Source of the DNA: Convolutriloba macropyga
Taxonomy: Eukaryota
Assembly (NCBI RefSeq): GCF_964194025.1
Contig: NC_134472.1
Coordinates: forward strand, 76,632,001-76,696,000
Direction of reading: 5' to 3'
DNA length: 64,000 bases
Part shown: positions 52,805 to 64,000 of the stretch, one piece after another
How the letters are laid out: every line of letters begins with the position of its first letter
Position numbering within the stretch: position 1 is the first letter of the stretch
The notes under the pieces: generated by a model
The model's input: only the letters and a program-made list of their open reading frames with translations
Told to the model about the DNA's origin: nothing
Database searches by the model: none
Translations under genes and position numbers: made by a program

Positions 52805-53219
52805 CAAGTAGTGGGGAAATTTTGCCCTGTGCGTCAGAGCGAGATCTTTTACAACAACATCATTTTTAGCTATGACCCTGATTTTAACTAAAGTTAGAGC
52901 CTTAACTCAAGTTAGAGCCTTAGTCTTAACTCGAGTTAAAGCCTCAGTCTTTTTACACTAATTCGAGTTAAAACCTTAACCCGAGTCAGAATTTTCACTT
53001 CGAAGCATCTAAGATTTTTTTAAAATTGAGTAATGACTTAAAATAAAATTTTTAATTTGGTGGTCAGCTGAGCTGTAAATGAAAATCAAAAATATGTTGA
53101 GGCGAGTAGTAAATCAAAATCAAAACTTTTGGCGGTGGGCTGAAGGCCTGACTTTGCGCAAAATGAAAATTTTGAAAAAACCCTAATTCTGCGCACAGGG
53201 CACTTTTTTCCGCTGCTTG
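52805..53219. mobile_element. MITE with ~31-bp imperfect TIRs and internal gagttaRagcctt repeats
   Basis: caagtagtggggaaattttgccctgtgcg / cgcacagggcacttttttccgctgcttg; flanks ctctacc / ctctact resemble a TSD. Confidence 0.72.
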
Positions 53220-53495
53220 CTCTACTGTGTCTCAATGTGTTGCTTTCTTGAGCTTTTTCGATCGCTACGGCAAAACATCGAAAAATGATACGGTCAAGGT
53301 TTTTTTAAATGTTCATGCTGTTGTTAAGTTGAGATCACATGCAGCTCTGCTGGAAAAGAACTGAACTTCATATGAGAAATAAAAACTGAACAACTTTCGA
53401 TGTTGAGATCAAGTTGTTTACATGTCTTTGTTCTATTAGACCTTCTCATCAGGGAGTTTTTTTTTGGATTTGACTTAGAAGGCCAAAATTTTCAG

Positions 53496-53703
53496 GTTAA
53501 CTTTGTCATTCTCCTTTGACATTGTTCCTGGGTCATCTTACGAGTGGACTGTCACCTCAGCCAGTCAGGGATCGAACCCACTCCAGAGAAACTACACCTT
53601 CTTCAGCACCAATCCACCCATCACTCCAATTCCATTGGTTCAAGCTGCATCCACTCTGGAGACATACAACACTTTTGTCCTCACAATTGGGAGTGAACTC
53701 TTC
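53496..53703 (+). CDS. Candidate exon encoding a fibronectin type III-like segment
   Basis: Acceptor aattttcag|, donor TTC|GTAAGT; open frame LTLSFSFDIVPGSSYEWTVTSASQG...STNPP fits the FN3 '(L/I).PG..Y...V' motif; GC content is above the flanks. Confidence 0.6.
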
Positions 53704-53979
53704 GTAAGTTGGAAACATTTCATCTGTTTTTCCTGTTTGCGTAAAAATGGAAAACAGACAATATTTAGTGAAAAACAATAGTTTGACTAGTCCAGAGTGT
53801 ATTGGTGCATTTAGACTGGCCCAGTACTGATCTTGACTGGCAGTTCAGTCCGGGTACTCATAGCCATTTGATAGGTTAAATAACCATCGGGGTAGCGATA
53901 GCATTCTGGACGTAGATCATTAGCAACCCACTACAGTGCTGACAGCAGCAACAGTAACACAAATTTTGGGCTAAGACGA

Positions 53980-54994
53980 CCCAGGTTTTGGTCCAGACCC
54001 AAATTGAGCTATGATCAGACCCAATCGACCGCACATCCCTGTGTTCCAAGACCGAAATTACAGGGTCTGGAAAGCGGTTCGAGCGCACAATAGTCTGGAC
54101 CATGGTCTGATTTCGGTCTGATCAGAGGTCAATTCGGTCTGGAAGGTCTGATCACAGTCTTTATAGTCTAGACCATGGTCTCGGTTTGGTCTGATCAGAG
54201 GTCAATTCGGTTTGGAAGGCCTGATTTCGAGTGCATTATTTTTTCAATTTTTTTTGTTTTTTTTTATTGAGGGATGTTGGCTCTGTCAAAAGGCAACAAA
54301 AAAGCAGCGTTCCGATCAGAGACTCATCTAAAGTAAGATGACTCTGATCAGAAACAAGGAGTCCAGCTGATAGCAAATGCCGGTCCCCTCAAGAGGAAAT
54401 TTTGATTAACTGAAGACCACGACGTTTCTTGTGGAAAGCTGTCTAAGTTCATCCATTGAGTCACAAATATGAACTAAGGAGTATGGTAAACAAATTTTTT
54501 TTCTCAACAGTTAGGTTTCGTTTTCATTAGCAATATTTTCATAATTGGCTTTTCCTTAGATGATTTTAGTTGTGCAAACACCAGTTTTTATGAAATAACA
54601 TATTATAGCAAAATTAAGGGATTTGTTCATAATTAAAATCTTTCTCTGATCAGACTTTTTTGAGCGCACTTGTGTCTGATCATAGTCTGATTAAGGTATG
54701 GGCATAGGTCTGAAATTGAGTCTGGACCATGGTCTGAAGATGGCCTGATCATAGTCTGTTTATAGTCTGGACAATGGTCTGAATTTGGGTCTGATCATAA
54801 GCGCACTATAGTCTGGACAGTTGTCTGGGTTCGGTCTGATCAAAGGACATTTTGGTCTGGAAAGTCTGATCAGAGATCATTTTGGTCTGGAAGGTCTGGT
54901 CAGAGGTAAATTCGGTCTGGAAAGTCTGATCAGAGGTCATTTCAGTCTGCATAGTCTGATCATAGCTCAATTTGGGTCTGGACCTAAACCTGGG
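53980..54994. mobile_element. CMC/EnSpm-like non-autonomous element with ~30-bp subterminal repeats (GTCTGATCAGA); 2-bp TSD GA
   Basis: ga|cccaggttttggtccagacccaaattgagct ... agctcaatttgggtctggacctaaacctggg|ga. Confidence 0.8.
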
Positions 54995-55970
54995 GACTCA
55001 AATCAAAAAATTTGAGACGAGCCATTCCTTTGAAACTGGGTCTATGGATTTACAACATCTTCACAAATATATTTAGGCAACTCATTTTCAGAATTTTTTT
55101 TTCACTTTATCTTGCCCTTTTGTTTTTCAAGCTCCCAAGATGAAATAAAACTTTGCAAGGTCTTCTCTCACAACTGTTTGGATATTTGAATTCTGATAAA
55201 AGCTAGATTGAGACTTTATTGGTTTTCACTTGCTGTTTTGTTACAGTTCAACGGATTTGAATTGCATTGGAGAATTAATTCTCTTCTTTACAAGAAAAGC
55301 TTGTTTACAATGTCTTTTTAATCACATTTTTTATCACAATTAGAAGCAATTTTTTTTATCACAATTATAAGCATTTTTATCACACTGGAGTAATGAAAGA
55401 AGAGGAAAGAGAGTTTTTCTGATAATTTGTTTTTTTTTCAAATTCAATGATATGTGAGAAAAGCTTCATAACTTTCGGTTAAGAGAAAACGTATTCGATG
55501 GCATTGACGTACGTTACAGAAATAAAAGCGGCCGTTCAGATTTTGTCGATTTCGCTAGTTACCTGTTTTGTCACCTGATGATGACTTTCCTCAAAACTGA
55601 CAGTTCTCATTGAATAGCTACCGAGGCTTAACTCAATTTTTTAAACAATTTTCTGCTTATAAAGCAGTTTTGACGGCTCTAATATCACTTGATTTTGTGG
55701 GTGTGAGCTGTTTCTTTGTCATCTGGTTTCTTGTCCCCAAAAAAATGTGAGTTTTTTTTACAAAAACGTTTAAGCAGAAAATAGTTCTTGAATTCAGTTT
55801 CTAGATTTTGTTTATCGTGTTTTGCTGAAATTAGGAAGATCTAATTTTAAATCTTTTTTCTGCTTTTCTTTTGTTCATCTTCACTTACTGAGTCTCTTTA
55901 AACACAAGTCTCATCGATTCTCTGTTTAGGCATAACAGTATTATTTCTTGTAAATTAGTTTGTTATTGTT

Positions 55971-56290
55971 TAGTTGCTCTTAGATGAAGTTTGCAGCAAT
56001 TATATTAGTTCTGTTGGACTCTTTTCTGCATTTTTCGCTTGACAGTTTTACGTCTGACTCATTTGATTTTTCGTCTGCAAAAACGGGATAAACAGGTAGC
56101 ACAAAGTGGGTATTAAGTTCTCTTAGAGCCTTTCAACCCACTAGTGTCCAAATATGCTCTTCACAGCAACTGTTTTGGAGACTTCTACTTTTGGTGTGAA
56201 GTGCGGTTCTTAGAGGTTGATCCCACCATATCAGCTACTCCACCCTTAATTCAGCCCCAGCCCAATCCGCAGACCTGCACATCGTTCAGG
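55971..56290 (+). mobile_element. HINE copy E (same subfamily as 27356-27783, opposite strand)
   Basis: tagttgctcttagatgaagtttgcagcaattatattagt...aaaacgggataaacaggtagc...actgttttggagactt...gcggttcttagaggttga matches the reverse complement of ~27548-27785. Confidence 0.72.
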
Positions 56291-56914
56291 CCGTAAGTGC
56301 CGGGTGGTTTCAAATAACCCCTCTCAGCGTCAATTCCCCCTTTTTCGTGTTCTCTGTGTGTTTTTGTCTGAAGTTGGCTAAGTTTGCTTTGGGTTGTCAG
56401 ATATGTTTTAAGTCTCTAAAAAATTATTTTTGGTTTATGCTTCCAGGATATGCTTTGTAAAATGTATACAAAGTATAACCTGGAGGCTGCTCTCACCACA
56501 GGTTGCTCTTCTAATGGAGCTCACAGTCAAGTCTTCATCATTAAAACGCAGAGGTCTACCCCAAAATTTCCGCCTTAGTAAAATTGGCTCGAAAATTAGA
56601 TACATACCATAAACGAAATTAGGAGACATCCTTTGTATCTTACTTTTCGCAAAAGGGGTTCCGCCAATTTTGCGCAATAAAAGAACATTCGGAACGAAAG
56701 GTAGGTTACAAGTCTTGTAGCACGTTTCCGCTCAATTTCCGCTCTATTAGTAGCGCGCATTTTGAGCATGCAATAAGCACTTTAATAAAGATTTAATTAA
56801 AACTTTCAAAGCTTTAAAGTGCTTTGCATACATGCAACCACAGAAACTGATTTTTTTCCGAAAAATCCCTCACACATCAAAGGCTTTGTGTATCAATTTG
56901 GGACTGGCCGATTT

Positions 56915-57045
56915 TAATAAGTAGTAATAAATAGTACTAATGAGTAGTAATAAGTAGTAATAAAGTACTGTAGGAAGTAATAAAATAGTAACAAAGTACT
57001 ACTAATAGTAATAAGCTGGTCTTAATTAAATAAGTAGTAATTAAG
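56915..57045. repeat. (AGTAGTAATA)n-like microsatellite, possibly the tail of a truncated minus-strand LINE (57050-57330)
   Basis: The repeat is seen directly; the LINE link rests only on tail similarity to 41508-41529 and a YRFFVRNV-like motif. Confidence 0.6.
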
Positions 57046-60016
57046 TTAGGCTTAATTGCGGATTATATGCGAAATCGAGCTACATTGCGTACGAAAAATC
57101 GATACATAAATGGAGCAGATGCGTGATAGGTTACAAACTGACATAAATGGAGCAGTTTGTACTTGTATTTCGAGGCTAGGATTAGAACACTTTTGCGAAC
57201 ACGAGTTGCTATTTTCCCTTCCATTTTGCCGGTTTCTGCTACAGTAGCTATTTTCCACAATATTGTTCCAATTTCAATGTATTAACATAGTAAAAACGAA
57301 CACGAGATACACGCATCGGGCTTATCTGCCCGTGACGATTTGGGTATACCTCTGTGTCGTAATGATTTTAAATGGGGCTCACAGTCGTCAAGTCTTCATA
57401 ACCCCTCTTTTAAATGCAATTCAATATTTTCACTGCTGAACGTTTACTCTGAAGCTGAATGTTTTCTTTTTGCAAGTTATGACATCAGGATCAAATGTCA
57501 GCTTCAAATTCTTGCATTAATGTATATTGTTTCCTCCATTTCTCACGATTATTGGAGCTGCTTCATTAGTCCGGCAAAGAAATTGATGGCCACTGTTAAA
57601 GTAACTATTTTTTCACTTTTTTCAACTTTAATTTCTTCAATTATTTTAGGTCCAATTCATTTTGTTTTAAGGCATTTTTAAACTTTAGGTCTACAAAGTT
57701 TTTGAGTTTTTTATTCTTGCAGTCAATGGGCTATGATTTGGTAAATTGTGTTCGCCTATCTTCATATAAGTATTTACTCTTCCAAAATTGTGCTTTTGAG
57801 CATTTTGACGGTCATCTCTTTTTTCTTTTACAAATCTCTTTCACATCTGGTCCCTCATACTAGGTCTTAAGATAAATATTGGTTTTTTCTCTAAACCTGA
57901 AGGCCAAAAAAGAACTGTGTTTTTTTAAAGAATTCTTTCAAAGGCAAGAAAGCGTCGGAATGTTTGCTTTCTTCAGCATTTTTGGTTTCATGAGCATGAA
58001 ATGCTCGGTATGTTTTATTTTGCAAAACTTTGATATATTTGATTGAAATAACAAAAAAGCGGCAGTGTAAGTGTCTTTTTCTGATTTTCTGCTAGGCTCA
58101 GTTCGGGGGACTCTGTCGCCCAGAAGATCGATCAAATAAAAAAACCAAAGGTTTTGAATTGGTGAAGCAAGTGTTTCTTTGTTACTCTGCTATTTCCCCT
58201 CTTCCAGTCTTGTATGCGGTTGCAAATTAGGTTGCCTTTAAACAAGTTAATTCACAATGGGGCTCGTAATATCAATTCTAGATGTATTGAAAACAAATGT
58301 AAGAAAATTTCTTGCACATCAATGGAAAGGACAAACTTAAGACAATTTATAACAGTAACCAAATTAATAATAAAAACAATATCAGCGCTTCATTTACAAA
58401 AGAAACTAAATTGAAAACGCTTGCCATATCCCAACTGTCCTTGCAATTACAAACTTTCAGAGTTCAATCCCACTTTCAATCTCTTCTCTGCTTTTCGCAG
58501 TATCTTTTAAAGTTCAATCACACTATACCAAGTGCTTTCTCTCGCTTCTGCGAAAATCTTTCCTGTGTCCAAACTTCTGATTTCACCCAAAATTCTCCAA
58601 ATTCGGCCAAGTCTGCAGAAATCTCTCAGTGAAACTTCAATTTATACTGAACCAATACGCTCTTATCTTAAGCAAACTTTAATCTCTTAAGAAAAGGTTG
58701 CAACTTACACTTGAAATCTGTCATATTCTGTAGGATGTCTTTGTTTGCTATGCAAACAAATCAATATCCAATTATGCTCTGTCATTCAACCACTACCAAC
58801 CATTTTTCATATTTCCCCTTATCTTAAGTAAACAAACTTGGTAAACTTATGTAAACAAACCCACTACGCTTTCTCTCATATATGCACTTGACATTTCAAT
58901 CAGTGTTTGCTTAGAAAACATTGAACGTTGCTCTAAAAAAATATGTTATTCCTCTATTTCCGCTACCAAATGAACTAATTGCAATCAACCTCTGTTGAAA
59001 ATCATGTGTTGATTAAATAAATAAACTCAACCATAAACCAAAGAGCAATTGTAATTTGCAATTTTGAAACCATTTCATGCAATTGCATTTAATTATACAT
59101 GCCGGAGAGACCAATTTTCTTAAAAACCTAAAAACTTGACATCTACGGGTCATCCAAAGATTATGCGTCCGAAATGAGGGGTAAAATTGATAAAAATAAT
59201 TTAGGTCATGGAAAGTACTCTCATAGTTAAAATTTCATGGCCTAACTCCCACTAGAACACGAGCAATGACTGCGCACACTTTTCATCCCGGAGAAATTTC
59301 CATAATTTCAAACTTAATAACTCGCGAAGTAGTTGCCAAAGGCTCTTCGGGTAAACTTTTTTAGTAGATATAGGGTGCCAGCAGCCGTTGCGAATCGTTT
59401 ACAATTTGAATATTTTTAAAAAGTCTTGTCGACCAAAATCCGATCAATGCGAATTCGAGAAAAGTGACCATGGTGGGTATATTTTGTCACTAACTGTCCT
59501 GGGTTATCTTTTTTTTCCAAATCAAACTCATTTGGGGGCCAGAAATTCGTATTTTTCGGTTTTCGTCTTTCGTGTCTTCCCGCAGCACAGGCGTGCGCTC
59601 GTTTCGTGCAGTTTGGTGTGGGGTCGAGTCTGACATTAAATTCGGTTCTGCGAACCCAAATTAGTCTATCCACAATTTTTTGGTCAATCCTACTTCAACT
59701 TTTCGAAAAAATACTAATTCATTTTAGGTGGTAACTATCTTCCTGTGTAATTACCAATAATCTCAAATATAGCCATTTTACATCGTAAACCCTTCCCAAG
59801 ATCATGCAAAACCCTTATTCATACGTGCATAAAATTACGACTGATTAACCCTATTGTTTCTGACACAAACAGTCATACTTCACAGTAAAATCCCCAAAAA
59901 CCTTCAAATCACACTACTTCTGTTGTTATTAACTGGAGGGTGGGTGGTCGGATTGGCCTGAAAAATAGACACGCAATAGAGTACCATTGGGGTGCCTACC
60001 ATCATTGATTGGTTAT

Positions 60017-61300
60017 CAACCAATAACTCCTTCCCATCCGGGGGGGGGGGTCGGACAAGTTCTGTACCAACGGTATTGTGAAAAGCTAATAAATTGCCTT
60101 TTTTATTTCAGAATGCAAATAATTTTATCCCACAATTTTCTAAACCATTTCCATGATCACCCAATACATTTATGCGCAAGCACATGCTCGTACGACTGGT
60201 TTATACAGTTATTTCATCCAAAAACTATCAAATTTTTTTTCAAAATGTCAAAAACCTTCGAAAAACAACATTTCCTGTGCTAATAACCCAGATCGAAAAC
60301 GCGTAACCGGCCGCGCATACCTATTATATATGAACCCTCATTAAGAGAACCAGCCCACAAAATTTCAGAGCCCAATGATGACTATAACTTAGAGTTGAGG
60401 GTTACCAGGTTTGGGAGTGTCCATTATTTTGCAAATTCGAAATAGCACTTTTATTCAATTCAATTTGAAATTCCAATTTTGTTCAAAGTATCTAGCTCAC
60501 TTCAAATGTTCGCTCTCTAGTTTTCTTCTAAAATTAAATCACTCATTTCGACTTTGACCTGATGCACAAATAAAATTATGCTAAGTAAATGAAATATATC
60601 GACAGCTCAGTATGCTTTTGTTTATTAACTTGTTTCTTTAAGATATATCACACAACTCCCCAACCAATAACTCCTTCCCATCCTAGGGGGGTCGGACAGG
60701 TTCTGTACCCACGGTATTGTGAAAAGCTGATAAATTGCCTTTTTTATTTCAGAATGCAAATAAATTTATCCCACAATTTTCTAAACCATTTCCATGATCA
60801 CCTAATACATTTATGCGCAAGCACATGCTCGTACGACTGGTTTATACAGTTATTTCATCCAAAAACTATCAAATTTTTATTCAAAATATCAAAAACCTTC
60901 GAAAAACAACATTTTCTGTGCTAATAACCCAGATCGAAAACGCGTAACCGGCCGCGCATATTATTATATATGAACATTCATTAAGAGAACCAGCCCACAA
61001 AATTTCAGAGCCCAATGATGTCTATAATTTAGAGTTGAGGGTTACCAGGTTTGGGAGTGTCCATTATTTTGCAAATTCGAAATAGCACTTTTATTCACTT
61101 CAATTTGAAATTCCAATTTTGTTCAAAGTATCTAGCTCACTTCAAATGTTCGCTCTCTAGTTTTCTTCTAAAATTAAATCACTCATTTCGACTTTGACCT
61201 GATGCACAAATACATTTATGCTAAGTAAATGAAATATATCGACAGCTCAGTATGCTTTTGTTAATTAACTTGTTTCTTTAAGATATATCACACAACTCCC
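60017..61300. repeat. Tandem duplication, ~640-bp unit (60017-60660, 60661-61300)
   Basis: Both units start caaccaataactccttcccatcc and end gatatatcacacaactccc. Confidence 0.93.
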
Positions 61301-61699
61301 CTCGAGATGTCTGTTTATGAAGTAGCCAAATTTTAAGATAGCGTTCTTATCTCATATTTTCACACGCGTGTCGAGGAAAATTTCTTTTAGAGATATGAGC
61401 AAACTTTAGAATATTCTTCTTGCCATGGTTGACAAAACTAGTGGAGTAAGTTTTTTATGACCGTTTTTTATAATAAAAAAATCTAATATTCTTGCCCGGC
61501 ATCGATAGGGATTGAGTTAATAAGTTCATACTCAAGGAGTTTTGGTATAATGCGAAAACAGGAAAAACTTCATTTCCTTTGAATTGAAACCGGATGTACG
61601 GACGTACCGTTTTAAACTGAACATACCGATGATTTCCTACATTTCGGATACCGTCAACAATTTCTGAAATAGGTTTGTTTTCAAAATTTGATCCCTACT

Positions 61700-62309
61700 G
61701 GGGTCGAGATGTCAGCGCCGTTTCAGCTCATCTTTTTGTAAGAAATTTGCTGAATGCGCTGAAATTATGTAAGACAAGCGCTGAATGCGCTGAAATGCGC
61801 TGAAATTTCGAAAAGGTTGCTGAAACTTTAAAATTTCAGCGCACCTTTAGCGCATTTCTTACAAAACTTTAGTGCATTTTCATTTCATTTCTGACATAAC
61901 TTTCAGTACCTTTTCAGCGCTTTTCTTACAAAGTTTGAGCGCATCTTCAGCGCATTTCTTACATGATTTCAGCGCATTTTCAGCACATTTCTTACATAAT
62001 CTCAGCGTTTTTCATATCAAACGTTTTATTACCATAAAATCAAATTAAATGGGAAGCATTTCAGCTCTCAATAGAGCAGTGGATTAGTTGATAGATGAGA
62101 CACAATGATCGGGGTTTGAACCACGGAGCGAAAGAAAAGAGCTGAATTTTTTGAAATTTCAGCGGATTTCAGCGTATTTCCTACAAAGTGTCAGCACTTT
62201 TCAGCGCATTTCAGCGCATTATAATGTAAGGTTTTACGCTGAATTTTTTGAAAATTGAGCGCATTTCAGCGAATTTCTTTCATAATTTCTGGAAAATTTC
62301 TCGAACCGG
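61700..62309. mobile_element. Foldback-like MITE built from GCTGAAAT/ATTTCAGCGC repeats, with an internal tRNA-like cassette (62065-62130)
   Basis: Ends gggtcgaga / tctcgaaccg; repeats in both orientations; TAGAGCAGTGG (62072) and GGTTTGAACC (62113). Confidence 0.6.
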
Positions 62310-62611
62310 TTAGCAGTCCGTAAGTCGCTTATCTTCTTCATGGTTGAAATATGCCTGCTTTACCATATCAAATCTTTCAAACATTTCGTGGCTTTTTGTC
62401 ATATTTTTTTTCTAACGGATGCTTATTTCCATTTGGCCGCTTTGTGGATTACAGAATAGTGTGCCGCTCAACTTAATCAAAATTAGGCTCGCTGAAGGAG
62501 ACTGACTTCTGATAACTGTCAAACCATCTGCTCTTTGGTATGCAAAAAATATTAATACATCAACACATCATATTACCGGTTGCATAAGTAATATTTTATC
62601 AATTTCTACAG

Positions 62612-62785
62612 AGCGAAGGTTCCACACAGGCAGTTCAATTCAAATGGGCTCAGGAGAGAAGGGTGGATGGATACAACATCACTGACAAAACACTGGGCAG
62701 ACATATGAGTCACGTGATTGCTGATTCAGGGTGGAGTTTGCACAATTCTCTTCGACTGACAGCCGGTAGAAAGTACATATATGAG
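62612..62785 (+). CDS. Exon encoding most of a fibronectin type III domain
   Basis: Acceptor atttctacag|, donor GAG|GTAAGA, phase 0-0, 58 codons: SEGSTQAVQFKWAQERRVDGYNITDKTLGRHMSHVIADSGWSLHNSLRLTAGRKYIYE (FN3 W...GY.I...L..G..Y pattern). Confidence 0.72.
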
Positions 62786-62844
62786 GTAAGATTTTATGAA
62801 AAGAAAAAAAGAGAGACAAAGCAACGTGAAGCAACCCGTACTTA

Positions 62845-63514
62845 CCCAGGTTGAGGTCCAGACCCAAATTGGTTTTTTATGATCAGACCCAGCCGAGCGC
62901 ACACCCGTGTGCTCCCAGACCGAAATTACAGGGTCTGGACGGAATTTTGAGCGCGCTACAGTGTGTACGATGGCCTGGAGATGGTCTGATTAGAGGCCAT
63001 TTTGGTCTGAAAAGTCTGGACCATGGTCAGGAGATGGTCTGATCAGAGGTCAATTTGGTCTGAAAAGTCTAATCAGAGTCGACTTCGAGCGCAATTGGGT
63101 CTGATCATAACCTCTTCGAGCGCACTTCAGTCTGATCATAGCTGGTTTCGAGCGCACTTCAGTCTGATCATAAATGGCTGCAAGCGCAACTGGGTCTGAC
63201 CATAAATTTTTCGAGCGCAACTGGGTCTGATCGTAACCTCTTCGAGCGCATTTGAGTCTCATCATAGTCTGAATAAGGTCTGGGCAATAGTGTGAATTTG
63301 AGTTTGGACCATGTTCTAAAGATGGTCTGATCAGAACACCTTCGGTCTGAAAAGTCTGATCAGAGAGCTCTTGTGTCTGGAAAGTCTGATCAGAGGTAAC
63401 TTGGGTCTGCAAAGTCTGATCAGGGTGAATTTCCGTCTGGAAAGTCTGATCAGAGATAATTTCGGTCTGGAAAGTCTGATCAGACGAAAATTTGGGTCTG
63501 AATCTCAACGTGGG
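62845..63514. mobile_element. Second copy of the CMC/EnSpm-like element; 2-bp TSD TA
   Basis: ta|cccaggttgaggtccagacccaaatt ... aatttgggtctgaatctcaacgtggg|ta; same 30-bp repeats as 53980-54994. Confidence 0.8.
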
Positions 63515-63593
63515 TACCACCAAGTCATTTTTTTAACGGACAAAAAAAATTGCAAAAATTACAAAAGTATTTGCTGTGAATTTGAGTAAAAAG

Positions 63594-63997
63594 TGTAAGG
63601 TTCGCGCTCAATGCGGTAAAGGCGGTGAAAAATATTTCTCAGCGCTACCAGCAGAATGCGGTTACAAAATTGTCACCACTAAAATTGCAAACCATACAAA
63701 TATTCCCCGCTAATATCAAAGATTCTCTTAATTTCACAGGAAATATCGATGAAGTAAGTAACAGATGGCGCAGTGGAATAACAAGTTGGTCACATGCAGG
63801 AGGTGAGTGGTTCGAACCCTTCTACGGCAAGTTCTATTCTGTAAAAAATCCGGTGAATGCCGTGAAAAAACATTTTTCACCGCTAAAAACCTCAAATCTT
63901 ACAAAAATTCACCGCTTTCACCGCATTCAACGCTTAAAGATGCGGGCGCTTACCGTTAAAAAATTTTTTTCCGCCGCTATTTTCCGCCAATCTTACA
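63594..63997. mobile_element. MITE (TGTAAGRTT ends, GCGGT/ACCGC sub-repeats) with central tRNA-like cassette (63759-63828)
   Basis: tgtaaggtt / aatcttaca; consensus-like A-box TGGCGCAGTGG (63766) and B-box GGTTCGAACCC (63809). Confidence 0.62.
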
Positions 63998-64000
63998 TTT

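Noticed and set aside
53875-53960. TAA/TAG read-through or an alternative genetic code in the FN3-like frame
   Set aside because: TGA also interrupts the frame, a donor precedes the first stop, and the RBMS gene translates normally with CAA/CAG for Gln.
63050-63523. 157-aa repetitive ORF (SDQTFQTE..)
   Set aside because: It is the translation of 30-bp subterminal repeats in a non-autonomous element.
63759-63828. Functional tRNA genes (here and at 15632, 21443, 26631, 26975, 62065)
   Set aside because: A/B boxes are present but the acceptor and anticodon stems do not pair properly and all lie within or beside repeats.

Overview
AT-rich, repeat-dense eukaryotic (probably invertebrate animal) genomic DNA with two N-gaps (32295-32451, 44816-45015). 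There is one clearly intact gene: a minus-strand RBMS/MSSP (shep/sup-26)-family two-RRM RNA-binding protein. I reconstructed it as 6 coding exons (36671-30716, ~779 aa, long low-complexity C-terminus, probable GC-AG intron). Upstream lie a degraded CR1-type LINE (37863-41529) and a degraded coiled-coil/J-domain ORF next to an array of short palindromes. Next comes a decayed, partly duplicated Polinton/adintovirus-like virion module (45016-51931: major capsid, minor capsid, adenain-like protease and two different packaging-type ATPases). From 52 to 63 kb are scattered plus-strand fibronectin-III-like exons. The rest is tandem duplications, foldback DNA, MITEs, CMC/EnSpm-like elements and Helentron-type (HINE) elements. 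A recurring oddity is that tRNA-derived Pol III A/B-box cassettes sit at a fixed internal position in three HINE copies and in the middle of two unrelated MITEs. All family assignments are by eye from remembered motifs; no database searches were run.
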